Shown here piece after piece: positions 29,439 through 39,203 of a stretch of 64,000 nucleotides of DNA. The notes beneath the pieces were generated by a model. The model was not told the DNA's origin, did not search any database, and worked only from the letters and a program-made list of their open reading frames with translations. The first letter of the stretch is position 1. Every line of letters begins with the position of its first letter. Origin of the DNA: Candidatus Obscuribacteraceae bacterium (GTDB lineage Bacteria > Cyanobacteriota > Vampirovibrionia > Obscuribacterales > Obscuribacteraceae); the NCBI GenBank assembly GCA_044226015.1, contig JBGAHS010000005.1, positions 352,001 to 416,000 on the forward strand, in the 5' to 3' direction. The position numbers were made by a program, and so were the translations under genes.

Positions 29439-30479
29439 ATGGATCCGTTGGTCGTAAATACGCGGCAGGGCTTGTATTGCCCGAAAGGTAACTTTTACAT
29501 AGACCCGTGGCGTGCAGTCGACAGGGCTCTGATAACACATGCGCACTCAGATCATGCCAGAAGCGGTAGCAAGAGTTATTTAACTGCAGCGACCGGAGAG
29601 CATGTGTTGCGACAGCGCTTGAGTAAAAAAGCTGTGATAGAAACCGTAGAGTATGGACGGTCAGTCACCATATCTGGTGTTAAGGTTTCTTTCCATTCGG
29701 CAGGACATGTTCTGGGTTCTGCGCAAATTAGATTGGAACACAAAGGGCAGGTTTGGGTCGTTTCAGGTGATTACAAAACAGTGCCCGATTCAACTTGTGA
29801 TGCCTTCGAGCCGGTCAAGTGTCATACCTTTATTACTGAATCTACCTTTGGTCTTCCGATTTATCGTTGGCCATCACCCAGTGAAGTTTCTCGAAGCATT
29901 AATGGCTGGTGGCAGCGCAACCAGGAAAAAGGTCTTGCAAGTGTGCTAATGGGTTATTCATTTGGAAAGGCACAAAGACTTTTGTCGCTTTTGGATCCAT
30001 CCTTGGGTTCTATTTTTGTTCATCCAAAAATCGATTTGATGAACAGAGCTTATATCAATACCGGTATCAAGTTGCATTCCTATCGCAACATTGAAGAGAC
30101 CATGGCTGGCACCAGATTTGCTTCTTCTCTGATTATCACTCCGCCAGGGGCAGATGATGATGTTTGGAGAAGCCGAGTCTATGATGACTACGCAGTGGGC
30201 GTAGCATCAGGTTGGACGCGTGTGCGAAATCGGCAAGCTTACAATTACCATGATGAGTCTTTTGTACTTTCTGATCATGCCGATTGGGATGAATTACTTT
30301 CTGTCATCCGAGAGACCGAGGCCGAGCAGATTATAGTCACGCATGGATTTGTTGACCCATTATTGAAACATTTGAATGGGCGAGGAATTAAAGCAAAATC
30401 CTTCAAAACCAAATTCAATGGTGAAGATAAGCTTGATGAACTCTCTTCTCCCGAAAAGCAAGAGCTGGCACCCGTATGA
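29439..30479 (+). CDS. Ligase-associated DNA damage response exonuclease (MBL/beta-CASP)
   Basis: ITHAHSDH, AGHVLGSAQ, SGDYK, ESTFG, SDHADW, HG. Confidence 0.92.
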   Translation: MDPLVVNTRQGLYCPKGNFYIDPWRAVDRALITHAHSDHARSGSKSYLTAATGEHVLRQRLSKKAVIETVEYGRSVTISGVKVSFHSAGHVLGSAQIRLEHKGQVWVVSGDYKTVPDSTCDAFEPVKCHTFITESTFGLPIYRWPSPSEVSRSINGWWQRNQEKGLASVLMGYSFGKAQRLLSLLDPSLGSIFVHPKIDLMNRAYINTGIKLHSYRNIEETMAGTRFASSLIITPPGADDDVWRSRVYDDYAVGVASGWTRVRNRQAYNYHDESFVLSDHADWDELLSVIRETEAEQIIVTHGFVDPLLKHLNGRGIKAKSFKTKFNGEDKLDELSSPEKQELAPV

Positions 30480-32131
30480 AAGCGTTTTCCGATCTCATAT
30501 TCAGTTTGGAACGAGCAGCAGCGAGTCTTGCAACTCGAGTTGAGCTCTGCCAGCAGTATTTCAGTTCAACAAATCGAGCAGCGACCGCTGCAGCTATTCG
30601 CATTTTGCTTGCTCATGAGACAAAGGCTGTATTGAGTTCGGCTCAGGCACGTGAGCTAGCCTGCAAATTCGCGGAGATTGATGCTTGGCTATACGATGAG
30701 TCTTACCGTTCTGTTTCCGATCATGCTGAAACTCTTGCGCTTATAGTGCCGCGTGCAGAACTTCCCGGCACTCTTAGTTTGTGCGATTGCCTGGAGATTC
30801 TGGAGAATTTGAAAGACTCCGCTTGCTCAAGCGCAAAGGCAGAGGACATTTTGAAGGACGCTTGGAATCGGCTATCTGAGCAGGAGAGAATCGTTTTCAA
30901 TAAGATGTTGTTGGGCAGGCTCAACATAAGTGGAACTCGAGTGCTGCTGATTTCTGCTCTCTCCAAAATCTTCGGAGTGTCACATCTAGACGTTGCGTGC
31001 AGATTAGAGTCTCCATTTCTATTCGAAATGTCTGGAATCGATGAGTTGATGAATCATTCGTTTGCAGGCGAAGAAGACATTCATCCGTTCACATTTTGCC
31101 AGGTAAAAGAAGTTTGTTCTGAGCTGGACTTATCTTGTTTGGATTATGACAATCTTGTCGCCGAGTGGAGCTGGAAGGGCATTCGCGCACAATTAATTAA
31201 GCGCAATGGGAAAGTCACATTGTGGTCTTCCGAGTTTGACAATTTAAGCCAATTCTTTCCAGAACTCATTTCGGAGAGCGCTGGGCTTGCTGATGGCACT
31301 GTGATTGAAGGTGTAATCGTTCCATATAAGGATGCTGATGTATTGCCTAAATCAATGCTCTCAGTGAGGCTAAAAAAGAAAGTCCCGACAAGGCAACTGC
31401 TCCAGGAGTCACCAGTTGCATTTATGGCTTACGATCTTCTTGAAGAAGAAGGGCAAAGCCTGTTAAGCCACTCTTTGCAGATGCGTAAACAAAAACTTCT
31501 TGGAGTTTTGAGCAACAAGCGAAATATAAGTTCTGAAGAAGAGTACCAACAGCTTTCTTTGTTTGCTCCCTGCAAAATTCAGCTAAGTAGCAAAATAAAA
31601 GCCTCGCCTTCTTTATCAATTGCAAATGAGAGTGAGCTGAGGAATCTTTTAGCAGATGTGCGGTTGATGAAGGCTGGCGGTCTTATTATGAAAGACCACG
31701 CTGCACCATATACAGTGAGCGAGGGTCAAGCAGTCTGGTTGTCTCTTAGACCTGAGCCGATTTTTCTTAAAGCTGTTCTTGTAGCTGCTCAGGCTGATGA
31801 GAGGCGACGAAACTTTTTTTCGGATTATACTCTTGCCGTCTGGCGGAATGAAGAACTCGTTTCAGTCGTTAGAACCACTGCAAATTTGAGTGATGAGGAA
31901 ATGTGCAGGGTTGATAATTTTGTTCAGCAAAATGTTATTGGAAGGTTTGGGCCAGTCTTGACGGTGAAGCCTCATCTCGTATTCGAGTTAAGTTGTGATG
32001 GAATGAGCAAGTCGACACGACACAAGTCGGGTTTCGTTCTTAATCGACCCAGGATATTGCGACTTCGTTCAGATCTAAGTGTCAACAAGGCTGACGCCCT
32101 CGACAAGTTGAACCAATTTTGCGAACTATAG
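30476..32131 (+). CDS. ATP-dependent DNA ligase homolog with degenerate catalytic motifs
   Basis: Ligase architecture and context (ATGA overlap with the exonuclease), but motif I reads EWSWKGIR instead of EWKWDGIR. Confidence 0.85.
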   Translation: MKAFSDLIFSLERAAASLATRVELCQQYFSSTNRAATAAAIRILLAHETKAVLSSAQARELACKFAEIDAWLYDESYRSVSDHAETLALIVPRAELPGTLSLCDCLEILENLKDSACSSAKAEDILKDAWNRLSEQERIVFNKMLLGRLNISGTRVLLISALSKIFGVSHLDVACRLESPFLFEMSGIDELMNHSFAGEEDIHPFTFCQVKEVCSELDLSCLDYDNLVAEWSWKGIRAQLIKRNGKVTLWSSEFDNLSQFFPELISESAGLADGTVIEGVIVPYKDADVLPKSMLSVRLKKKVPTRQLLQESPVAFMAYDLLEEEGQSLLSHSLQMRKQKLLGVLSNKRNISSEEEYQQLSLFAPCKIQLSSKIKASPSLSIANESELRNLLADVRLMKAGGLIMKDHAAPYTVSEGQAVWLSLRPEPIFLKAVLVAAQADERRRNFFSDYTLAVWRNEELVSVVRTTANLSDEEMCRVDNFVQQNVIGRFGPVLTVKPHLVFELSCDGMSKSTRHKSGFVLNRPRILRLRSDLSVNKADALDKLNQFCEL

Positions 32132-32132
32132 T

Positions 32133-32828
32133 TTACTCTTTCTTTTCCGTGGCTTTGAGTAACTCAAAAACCTGAAGTCGAAGCTTTTCCATTTTTCCCA
32201 TGTCATCGTGTATTTGCACGCTGAGTACGGCAACCTTCTTATTTCCTAGCTTCGATAATTGTTTCTTGTATCGATAAAGTTCCATATATCGTGCTTTCGC
32301 ATCGGCGAAAGGTTGACGCATTTGATCCAGAAGTGCTATCGCCTGTGACTTCGTTGAATCTGGCATGACGAGAGCATCTACATAATCCGCATAGATTGGA
32401 AAAAGGCTTGCCATCTGGTTCATGTAATAGTCAAACCATTGTTTTCTAATAGGCAAATAAGGACCAACTGCCATCACACCGGTTTCTGAAGGCATTGCAG
32501 GAATTATGATGGTTCCAACGACTGAGGGATCACCAACTCCAATGTAATTTTGACGAGTTGCCTCTCCCATGAGTTCAAGAGAAGCACGCTCAATTTTCTT
32601 TAAGCAGTCACCCATTTGACGCAATGCTTCAGCTGCTTCAACATCAATCGATTTAACAGATCCCGCGAGAGTTGCTGACGATGTTGCCGTTTGCGTTGTT
32701 GAATTGCCTGGGGCGTCCCCGGTTTTTGTCGCTTGCTTTGTATTTGTGCCCGAGTCGCTAGCTAGCACCATCGGTGATGCCAGCAGATAGAAAGACCAGG
32801 CTAAGAAGAGGCTTTTTTTGAAGTTCAT
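32133..32828 (-). CDS. Secreted hypothetical helical protein
   Basis: Signal peptide ending VLA; T/S-rich linker. Confidence 0.7.
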   Translation of the reverse strand: MNFKKSLFLAWSFYLLASPMVLASDSGTNTKQATKTGDAPGNSTTQTATSSATLAGSVKSIDVEAAEALRQMGDCLKKIERASLELMGEATRQNYIGVGDPSVVGTIIIPAMPSETGVMAVGPYLPIRKQWFDYYMNQMASLFPIYADYVDALVMPDSTKSQAIALLDQMRQPFADAKARYMELYRYKKQLSKLGNKKVAVLSVQIHDDMGKMEKLRLQVFELLKATEKKE

Positions 32829-32834
32829 TCTGCT

Positions 32835-33884
32835 TTATCCTTTACTTTCTTGTTTTGGTGCCATTGTGTGCATAGGTCTGCTTGCGCCGAGCGGGCAGCA
32901 TTCAGGCGTGCAATTGTCCGGCAGAGCCCTGAGATTACCAATACAAGCAGCTTCCTTGCCTTCAATTCTTTCGACGATTAGCTCTCTAATCATTTGGATG
33001 AATTTTGGATTAGTACTTGCAGTGCTGGCTCGTTCGAATGTTATTTCTAATTCTTGAGCAAGGTTCTTCGCCTCATAATCGAGGTCGTAGATGACTTCCA
33101 TGTGATCCGAAATGAAACCAATTGGTGCCACTACCACGCTTTTGCAATTGTTTGACTTCAGTCGATTCAACACATCTAAAATGTCCGGTTCAAGCCAGGG
33201 AATTGTGGGAGGTCCACTTCTACTTTGATATGCCAACTCCCAATGATTTACGCCAGCTTTTTCGGCAATAAGTCTGGAAGCCTCTTGAAGTTGATTCGCG
33301 TATTCACAGCCGCTAGACATGCTGTTTGGAATACTATGGGCAGTGAAAACAACTCGTGTTTCCTTTTGCAAATCAGCAGGTATTTTATTCAATGCGTTTT
33401 GCAAGTGTTCAACATTGCATTCTATAAAAAGTGGATGATTAAAGAATGGTCGCAATTTGTCTACCTGTGCAGCGCCCTCACCAACGGCGTCTTGTGCGCG
33501 CTTGATGTCTTCTAAATATTGCTTGCAGCTTGAGTATGAACTGTACGCCGAGGTTACGAATGCGAGCACTTTCTTGATTCCATCTCGTTTCATTTCCTCG
33601 AAAGTGTCTTTGAGGAATGGGTGCCAATTTCTGTTACCCCAGTAGATGGGAAAATGAGGACCTTGTTTTTCGAGAACATCCTTTAGCGCTGCAATTATTC
33701 GCCTGTTCTGTTCGTTGATAGGACTCACTCCATCAAACATTTCGTAATGATGTGCCACCACTTTGAGTCGTTCTGGCGGAACGTTTCTTCCTCGCGTAAC
33801 GTTCTCCAGAAATGGCATAACATCTGCCATTCCTTCTGGTCCACCAAACGAAACAATTAGAATGGCATCATATGAGCTGGACAT
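32835..33884 (-). CDS. hemH: Ferrochelatase with Cys-rich C-terminus
   Basis: SFGGPE, GVSPIN, FTAHSIP, YQSRSGP..PWLEPD, GFISDHMEVIYDLD. Confidence 0.94.
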   Translation of the reverse strand: MSSSYDAILIVSFGGPEGMADVMPFLENVTRGRNVPPERLKVVAHHYEMFDGVSPINEQNRRIIAALKDVLEKQGPHFPIYWGNRNWHPFLKDTFEEMKRDGIKKVLAFVTSAYSSYSSCKQYLEDIKRAQDAVGEGAAQVDKLRPFFNHPLFIECNVEHLQNALNKIPADLQKETRVVFTAHSIPNSMSSGCEYANQLQEASRLIAEKAGVNHWELAYQSRSGPPTIPWLEPDILDVLNRLKSNNCKSVVVAPIGFISDHMEVIYDLDYEAKNLAQELEITFERASTASTNPKFIQMIRELIVERIEGKEAACIGNLRALPDNCTPECCPLGASRPMHTMAPKQESKG

Positions 33885-33942
33885 GGAGTTCTCCAAAAGA
33901 AATTGTGATAGATCTGATCATGTATCTTGTGATAGGTGAGAA

Positions 33943-34329
33943 ATGCCAAGAGGAATCAAATCAGCGCTTTCGCTGTTAGCCATTTTAGCCGGATCTTGTG
34001 CTGCTGGCCTTGCTGCCGACAGCAGGTTTGCAGGTTATCTTATTGATAGGTCTTGTGCTGACAACATGAAAACACTTGTTGACTGTCAGGATATGCTGAA
34101 AGGTCATAAAAAAGAGTGTGCCCTCAATGAGTCGTGCAGCAAAGATGGTTATGCCATTTTCAGTAAAGGGAAGTGGTACAACCTCGACAAGAAGGGTAGC
34201 GAGCTAGCGAAAAATTTATTGAAGGCATCTCGCGCAAAAGAAGGACATTTCGTCATTGTGAACGGTAGTTCGGAAAAGGATGAAATCAAAGTGACTTCTC
34301 TGCGTGAACTTGCAAGCAACGATGACTAG
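33943..34329 (+). CDS. Secreted Cys-containing hypothetical protein
   Basis: Signal peptide; GYLIDRSC...HKKECAL...C..GY. Confidence 0.75.
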   Translation: MPRGIKSALSLLAILAGSCAAGLAADSRFAGYLIDRSCADNMKTLVDCQDMLKGHKKECALNESCSKDGYAIFSKGKWYNLDKKGSELAKNLLKASRAKEGHFVIVNGSSEKDEIKVTSLRELASNDD

Positions 34330-34382
34330 GTAGCTTAGTCAGAGTCTGAACTCGCTGCGAATTAGTGGTGCTCAGGTTCCGT

Positions 34383-34428
34383 GCCGATGATCTTCGGAAG
34401 GTCCTCGCCGATGACCTTCCGAGGATCC
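34383..34428. repeat. Two tandem copies (24-bp period) of a quasi-palindromic unit
   Basis: GCCGATGATCTTCGGAAGGTCC / GCCGATGACCTTCCGAGGATCC. Confidence 0.7.
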
Positions 34429-34452
34429 GACTGAACAATTCTCGCTGGGTCC

Positions 34453-34486
34453 AAAAAAATTGAAAGCAGGCTTTTGGCCTGCTTTC
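34453..34486 (-). terminator. Rho-independent terminator of the Q/N-rich gene
   Basis: GAAAGCAGGC-loop-GCCTGCTTTC hairpin followed on the minus strand by T7. Confidence 0.85.
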
Positions 34487-34492
34487 TGAACT

Positions 34493-36265
34493 TTATCGAT
34501 GCCTTGGTTGAGCATGAGGTTGCGCATGGGGCTGCACATGGGGTTGCACTCGTGGAGCCTGAGGGCGGGGCATTTCTCGCGGTTGTACATGAGGTTGAAC
34601 TCGCGGAGCCTGCTGTCTCGGAATTTCAGGACGTTGCGGCTGCATATGAGGTTGGACATGTGGCTGCTGTCTCGGAATTTCAGGACGTTGCGGCTGCATA
34701 TGTGGTTGGACATGTGGCTGTTGTCTTGGAATTTCAGGACGTTGCGGCTGATGTGGCTGTTGATGGTTATCGCGCGGTAGCTGCGGTTGTGGCTGTGTTC
34801 GCGGAATCTCAGGACGCTGCGGCTGATGTGGCTGTTGATGGTTATCGCGCGGTGGCCAGTTTGGCTGACCCGGGCGCGGCAGCGGGTTTTGTTGGTGATT
34901 GTCGCGCGGCGGAACGTTGGTTGGATTGTGTTGGTTCCAATTCTGATGTTGCTGCTGCCACTGCTGACGGTGCTGTTGCTCCTGCTGTTGGCGTTGCTGT
35001 AGTTCCCATTGGCGGCGCTGTGCGTCAGTCCAGTTGTGATTATTGTTGTTCCAATTTTGATTATTGTTGTTATTCCAGTTGTGGTTGTTGTTCCAGTTGT
35101 GGTTGTTGTTCCAGTTCTGATTATTGTTGTTATTCCAGTTGTGGTTGTTGTTCCAGTTCTGATTATTGTTGTAATTCCAATTGTGGTTGTTGTTCCAATT
35201 CTGCTGTTGCTGCTGCCACTGTCTTTGTTGTTGCCACTGTTGTTGCTGCTGCCACTGTTGTTGCTGCTGCCATTGGCGCTGTTGCCACTGTTGTTGTTGC
35301 CATTGCTGCTGCTGCCAGGCTTGTTGCTGCTGCAGGTTGTTGTAGTATCGATAATTGTTGTATTGGTTATTCCAATTATTGTTGTAGTTATTGCCAAAGA
35401 GCGCACGTCCAAGAACTAGCCCTATTGTGCCACCAACCATATTCGCAGGGTTGTTGTAGCCACCGGGATAGTAGCCGCCGCCTATAGGATAGCAACTGCC
35501 ACCAGGGTAATAGTTGCCGCCAGGATAGTAGCTGCCACCAGGGTAATAACTGCCTGGATAACAGGAACCCGGATAATATCTGTTTCCACCAAGCGCGCTA
35601 GCCAGAATGCCACCAAGTACTGCATTGCCCACGTTGCTGCCGATGATGCGACCATCATTGCAGCTGCTAACGCAACTACTAGTGCTTACACAGTCACTAC
35701 TATATGGTTGCTGATACGTGCGGGTGTAGTCTGTGACAGGGGCGCAGTTTGTGTCTATTTGCTGCGGAATATAAGTTGAATCTGTTTGGGTCGGAACAGC
35801 AGGGACATTGTAGCTTGTGTCTTGCTGCGGATAAGTGGTTTGTGGAACCGGAGCCGCTGGCAATTCCGTTGGCGCCTGCATTCTGAGGTCTTGTCCTTGT
35901 TGTAGCTGAGAATATACGCTAGGGTCAATTCTCAGGCTCTGCAAAATTTGAATCTGGCTGGCGTCCATGTTTCCGATAGCGACGGAGGGCGCGAAACTCG
36001 GCGCCGGTTGAGCAGTCTGACTCTGCGGAATTGTTTCCGGTGCCGTTGCTGGCAGATTGGATGGTGCTGTCTCGGGCGGGGACGCTTGAAGATCAGGCGG
36101 AACTGCCTCTGGCGGTGCTGCTTGCACATTGGGCGGTACGTCTGTCTTTACTGCATTTTGATCTGTAGAAACCCTTCCACTGAACAGGTCACTAAAAATC
36201 TGACTTTCATAATTAGGAACTTCGGCTGTAGGAACAGAACCCTCGGACGAATCAATAGGCGACAT
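34493..36265 (-). CDS. Low-complexity Q/N/W/P-rich protein with glycine zippers
   Basis: GGAG SD, ATG start and its own terminator; YYPGG, QQQQW, NWNNNH and QPQRPEIPR repeat blocks. Confidence 0.75.
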   Translation of the reverse strand: MSPIDSSEGSVPTAEVPNYESQIFSDLFSGRVSTDQNAVKTDVPPNVQAAPPEAVPPDLQASPPETAPSNLPATAPETIPQSQTAQPAPSFAPSVAIGNMDASQIQILQSLRIDPSVYSQLQQGQDLRMQAPTELPAAPVPQTTYPQQDTSYNVPAVPTQTDSTYIPQQIDTNCAPVTDYTRTYQQPYSSDCVSTSSCVSSCNDGRIIGSNVGNAVLGGILASALGGNRYYPGSCYPGSYYPGGSYYPGGNYYPGGSCYPIGGGYYPGGYNNPANMVGGTIGLVLGRALFGNNYNNNWNNQYNNYRYYNNLQQQQAWQQQQWQQQQWQQRQWQQQQQWQQQQQWQQQRQWQQQQQNWNNNHNWNYNNNQNWNNNHNWNNNNNQNWNNNHNWNNNHNWNNNNNQNWNNNNHNWTDAQRRQWELQQRQQQEQQHRQQWQQQHQNWNQHNPTNVPPRDNHQQNPLPRPGQPNWPPRDNHQQPHQPQRPEIPRTQPQPQLPRDNHQQPHQPQRPEIPRQQPHVQPHMQPQRPEIPRQQPHVQPHMQPQRPEIPRQQAPRVQPHVQPREMPRPQAPRVQPHVQPHAQPHAQPRHR

Positions 36266-36538
36266 AGAGCCATCTCCGCAACATGGATAACCTGATGTTG
36301 CCAGCTCAATTTCCCTTCACCCTCCCTTATTGAAGGAGAATTGTGCTTTCAGAGCAATGGGAATACCACCACGCCCATGCCCCTGCCGGCGGAAATGTCT
36401 CGTCTCATCATTGCCCTGTGGGAATTCCGAGATTCTGCTGAGAAGATTTGCCATTTTAAAATTTCGCTTATCAATCTATACCCTGTGTCTATTCCTGAAT
36501 GCTAGAATCACACCTGAAGGTTTGTGCTGGGAGGCACG

Positions 36539-37324
36539 ATGAGACTTACTGAAAAAGCTTTACTGGGTTTCTTAGGTCTATTCATGGGCGTTTCCAGCGC
36601 TGCGCCGGTTCTGGCTGAGCCGGGATGGGCTTTGAATCAAGCTGCCAGAGGCGGAGCTGCCCTTAGCGGAAGCATGACCGTTTATGTTACTGCCAACGGG
36701 CTTCGTACATATGAGCCAAAAAATGGTGTCAGTTTGATGACGCATGGTCCCAACTGGAACGTATACATTTACAACTCCAAGACCAAACGCATGTTTAGTA
36801 GCCAATTGCAGCCCTGGCTCTCCTCTTTCAAGACCAGAAATCTGGTCGGAAGGTTTGAAGGCGCTCACTGGCGCAGAGGCAACCAGGGGGTAGTGGCACG
36901 AGTGAGAGCCTATGAGTTTGTAATGGACAAACCACCACCCATCAAGACAAATTCCAAAGCGCTAAATGGAAAAATTAGACCCGTTGGACAGATGCAGACG
37001 GCAAGTCTCTGGCTTGCTTCTGACATTGCTACACCACCTCAGGTGTCCGACATTCTCTGTAAAATCTACGGAATTCCTGATAGCCAGCGCATTCCACTTC
37101 GCTTAACTGCAGTTGAAGACAACAGGCAGAATACACTTGTAGATACAATGAGCTGTGTGCAGCAGAACATTCCTGATAGTGTCTTTGCGGTGCCAGGCGG
37201 AATGACCATGGTGAAACAAGATTCCGATGTGTTCATCGATCAAGAAAGCATGGATACACTCGATGAAATGTTGCAGGACCTCGACTCGCCGTCACCAAAA
37301 CGCAGACCAGGAGCTCGTAGATAA
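36539..37324 (+). CDS. Secreted hypothetical protein (possibly DUF4412-like)
   Basis: GGAGG SD; signal peptide; LWLASDI...IPLRL...IPDSVFAVP. Confidence 0.7.
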   Translation: MRLTEKALLGFLGLFMGVSSAAPVLAEPGWALNQAARGGAALSGSMTVYVTANGLRTYEPKNGVSLMTHGPNWNVYIYNSKTKRMFSSQLQPWLSSFKTRNLVGRFEGAHWRRGNQGVVARVRAYEFVMDKPPPIKTNSKALNGKIRPVGQMQTASLWLASDIATPPQVSDILCKIYGIPDSQRIPLRLTAVEDNRQNTLVDTMSCVQQNIPDSVFAVPGGMTMVKQDSDVFIDQESMDTLDEMLQDLDSPSPKRRPGARR

Positions 37325-37397
37325 GCATTTTGTACTAGTGCGAAAAAGGCTTGAACAGCCATTTTCTCAGGAATTTGAATTAACATAGCGAAGCGAA

Positions 37398-39014
37398 TTA
37401 ACGCTTCGCTTTTGTTTTTTGTTCCGCTCCACCGACGTTGGATTTGAGAAATTCCTCGTATGGTCCGCGGAAATCGATAAGTCCATTTGGAGTAAATGCC
37501 AAAATTCTTGTCGCAACTTCTGATACCAGATCCCTATCATGGGAAACAATAAACACATTGCCGGGGAACGAAGTAAGCCCCTCAGCCAGAGCGGAAACTG
37601 ATTCGAGATCCAGGTGGTTCGTGGGCTCATCCATTACAAGAATTGGTTTCTTCACGAGCATCATTCGAGCGAGTAAGAGCCTTGCACTTTCTCCACCAGA
37701 AAGTCCTTCAGTCGGTTTGAGCGCATCTTCACCCGAGAACAGCATTCTTCCGAGCAGTCCGCGAACGTGCTGCTGCCCTTCGCCGTGTTCATATTGCATC
37801 AACCAGTCTAGAGCTGTCGAGCCTGGTGTAATTGCATGCATGTGATCTTGAGGGTAATAATTCCATTCACCCTCGGCACCAAAACCCCATTGGATAGACC
37901 CTTCATCACTCTCGAGTTCACCAATTATGCAACGCACCAGTGTTGTTTTGCCTGCTCCGTTTGGTCCGATTATCGCGATTTTTTCACCTCGCATAATTTC
38001 CAGGTTCAGATGCTTGAAGATAACTTTGTCATCAAAAGACTTTGATAGGTCTCTGATTTGAACGGTTTCCTTTCCAGCTTGCTTTTCCTGTTCAAAGCGA
38101 ATAAACGGACGCTGAATGTTTGATCTTTTTAGCTCGGTCATTCCAAGCCGCTGAATCTCTTTCTTTCTTGATTGAACCTGGCTTGCTCTCTGACCCGCAC
38201 CGAATCTTGCGATAAACTCCTGCAACTGTGCGATTTTCTTTGCCTTGTCTTTATTGCTTGATTCGATTTGCTGCCGTGCCTGTATCTTCTGGTCGACCAT
38301 GTCGTCGTAGTTACCAGGGTAATCAATGATGGTCTGGTAGTCGATGTCTGCGATGTGCGTGCAAACTGAATTGAGGAAGTGTCTGTCATGTGAAATAACT
38401 ACCAGTGTGCCCTGATAATTTTTCAAGAATTCTTCCAGCCAGCCAATTGTTTGAAGATCCAAATGGTTTGTAGGTTCATCTAACAACAATGCGTCAGGTT
38501 CGCCGAAAAGTGCCTGCGCCAGCAAAACTCTGAACTTGTAGTCTGTTTGAAGAGTGCTCATCAGGTCATAGTGCTGCTCTTCCAAAATGCCGATGCCGCG
38601 CAAAATCTCGCCAGCTTCAAATTCGGCCATGTAGCCATTCTCGTCGGCGATAACTGTTTCGAGTTCGGTGAGTCTGGTTATTTCTGATTCGGAGTGTTCA
38701 GATTTTTCGCAAAGTTTGTCGCGCTCTTGCATCGCTTTCCAGAGCACTTTGTTGCCATAGATTACGGCATCGATGATTCTCATATCATCAAAGGCATACT
38801 GATCTTGTCTCAGAATGCCCACCTTGCGAGGGCGGCTAATTACGCCTTCGTTTGTTGCGTCATCTTCGCCCGTCAAAATGCGCATGAAGGTAGACTTACC
38901 AGCACCATTGGGACCTGTGAGTCCATATCTGTTTCCAGGGCTGAAGACCACGTTTACGTTTTCAAAAAGAACGCTTGAACCGTAACGTTTAGTGACATTG
39001 CTAACTGTAATCAT
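37398..39014 (-). CDS. ybiT: ABC-F family ATPase (YbiT-like)
   Basis: Two ABC domains with no TM; GNRYGLTGPNGAGKSTFM; DEPTNHLD twice. Confidence 0.88.
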   Translation of the reverse strand: MITVSNVTKRYGSSVLFENVNVVFSPGNRYGLTGPNGAGKSTFMRILTGEDDATNEGVISRPRKVGILRQDQYAFDDMRIIDAVIYGNKVLWKAMQERDKLCEKSEHSESEITRLTELETVIADENGYMAEFEAGEILRGIGILEEQHYDLMSTLQTDYKFRVLLAQALFGEPDALLLDEPTNHLDLQTIGWLEEFLKNYQGTLVVISHDRHFLNSVCTHIADIDYQTIIDYPGNYDDMVDQKIQARQQIESSNKDKAKKIAQLQEFIARFGAGQRASQVQSRKKEIQRLGMTELKRSNIQRPFIRFEQEKQAGKETVQIRDLSKSFDDKVIFKHLNLEIMRGEKIAIIGPNGAGKTTLVRCIIGELESDEGSIQWGFGAEGEWNYYPQDHMHAITPGSTALDWLMQYEHGEGQQHVRGLLGRMLFSGEDALKPTEGLSGGESARLLLARMMLVKKPILVMDEPTNHLDLESVSALAEGLTSFPGNVFIVSHDRDLVSEVATRILAFTPNGLIDFRGPYEEFLKSNVGGAEQKTKAKR

Positions 39015-39203
39015 GCTGTTCCGACGAATAAGGGACGAGTGGCTAATTATATCCTGACATTGTTGGGAGAAGCACAGATTTGCTTGCTTTCTCTTAATGC
39101 TTGAATTCTAGAAAACAACCGAACTGCGCAGTGTATGCGATTCGGGCCTTAAAATGGTACCGAATCTGGTAGCACTTTTTTGCGAGTTTTATTTGCTTCC
39201 TTG

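Noticed and set aside
34383..34430. Hammerhead ribozyme
   Set aside because: CCGATGA is not the CUGANGA core and no suitably placed GAAA is present.
34372..35487. Thr/Ser-rich, Cys-rich and Leu/Val-rich alternative ORFs
   Set aside because: Other frames of the low-complexity Q/N gene, which has an SD and its own terminator.
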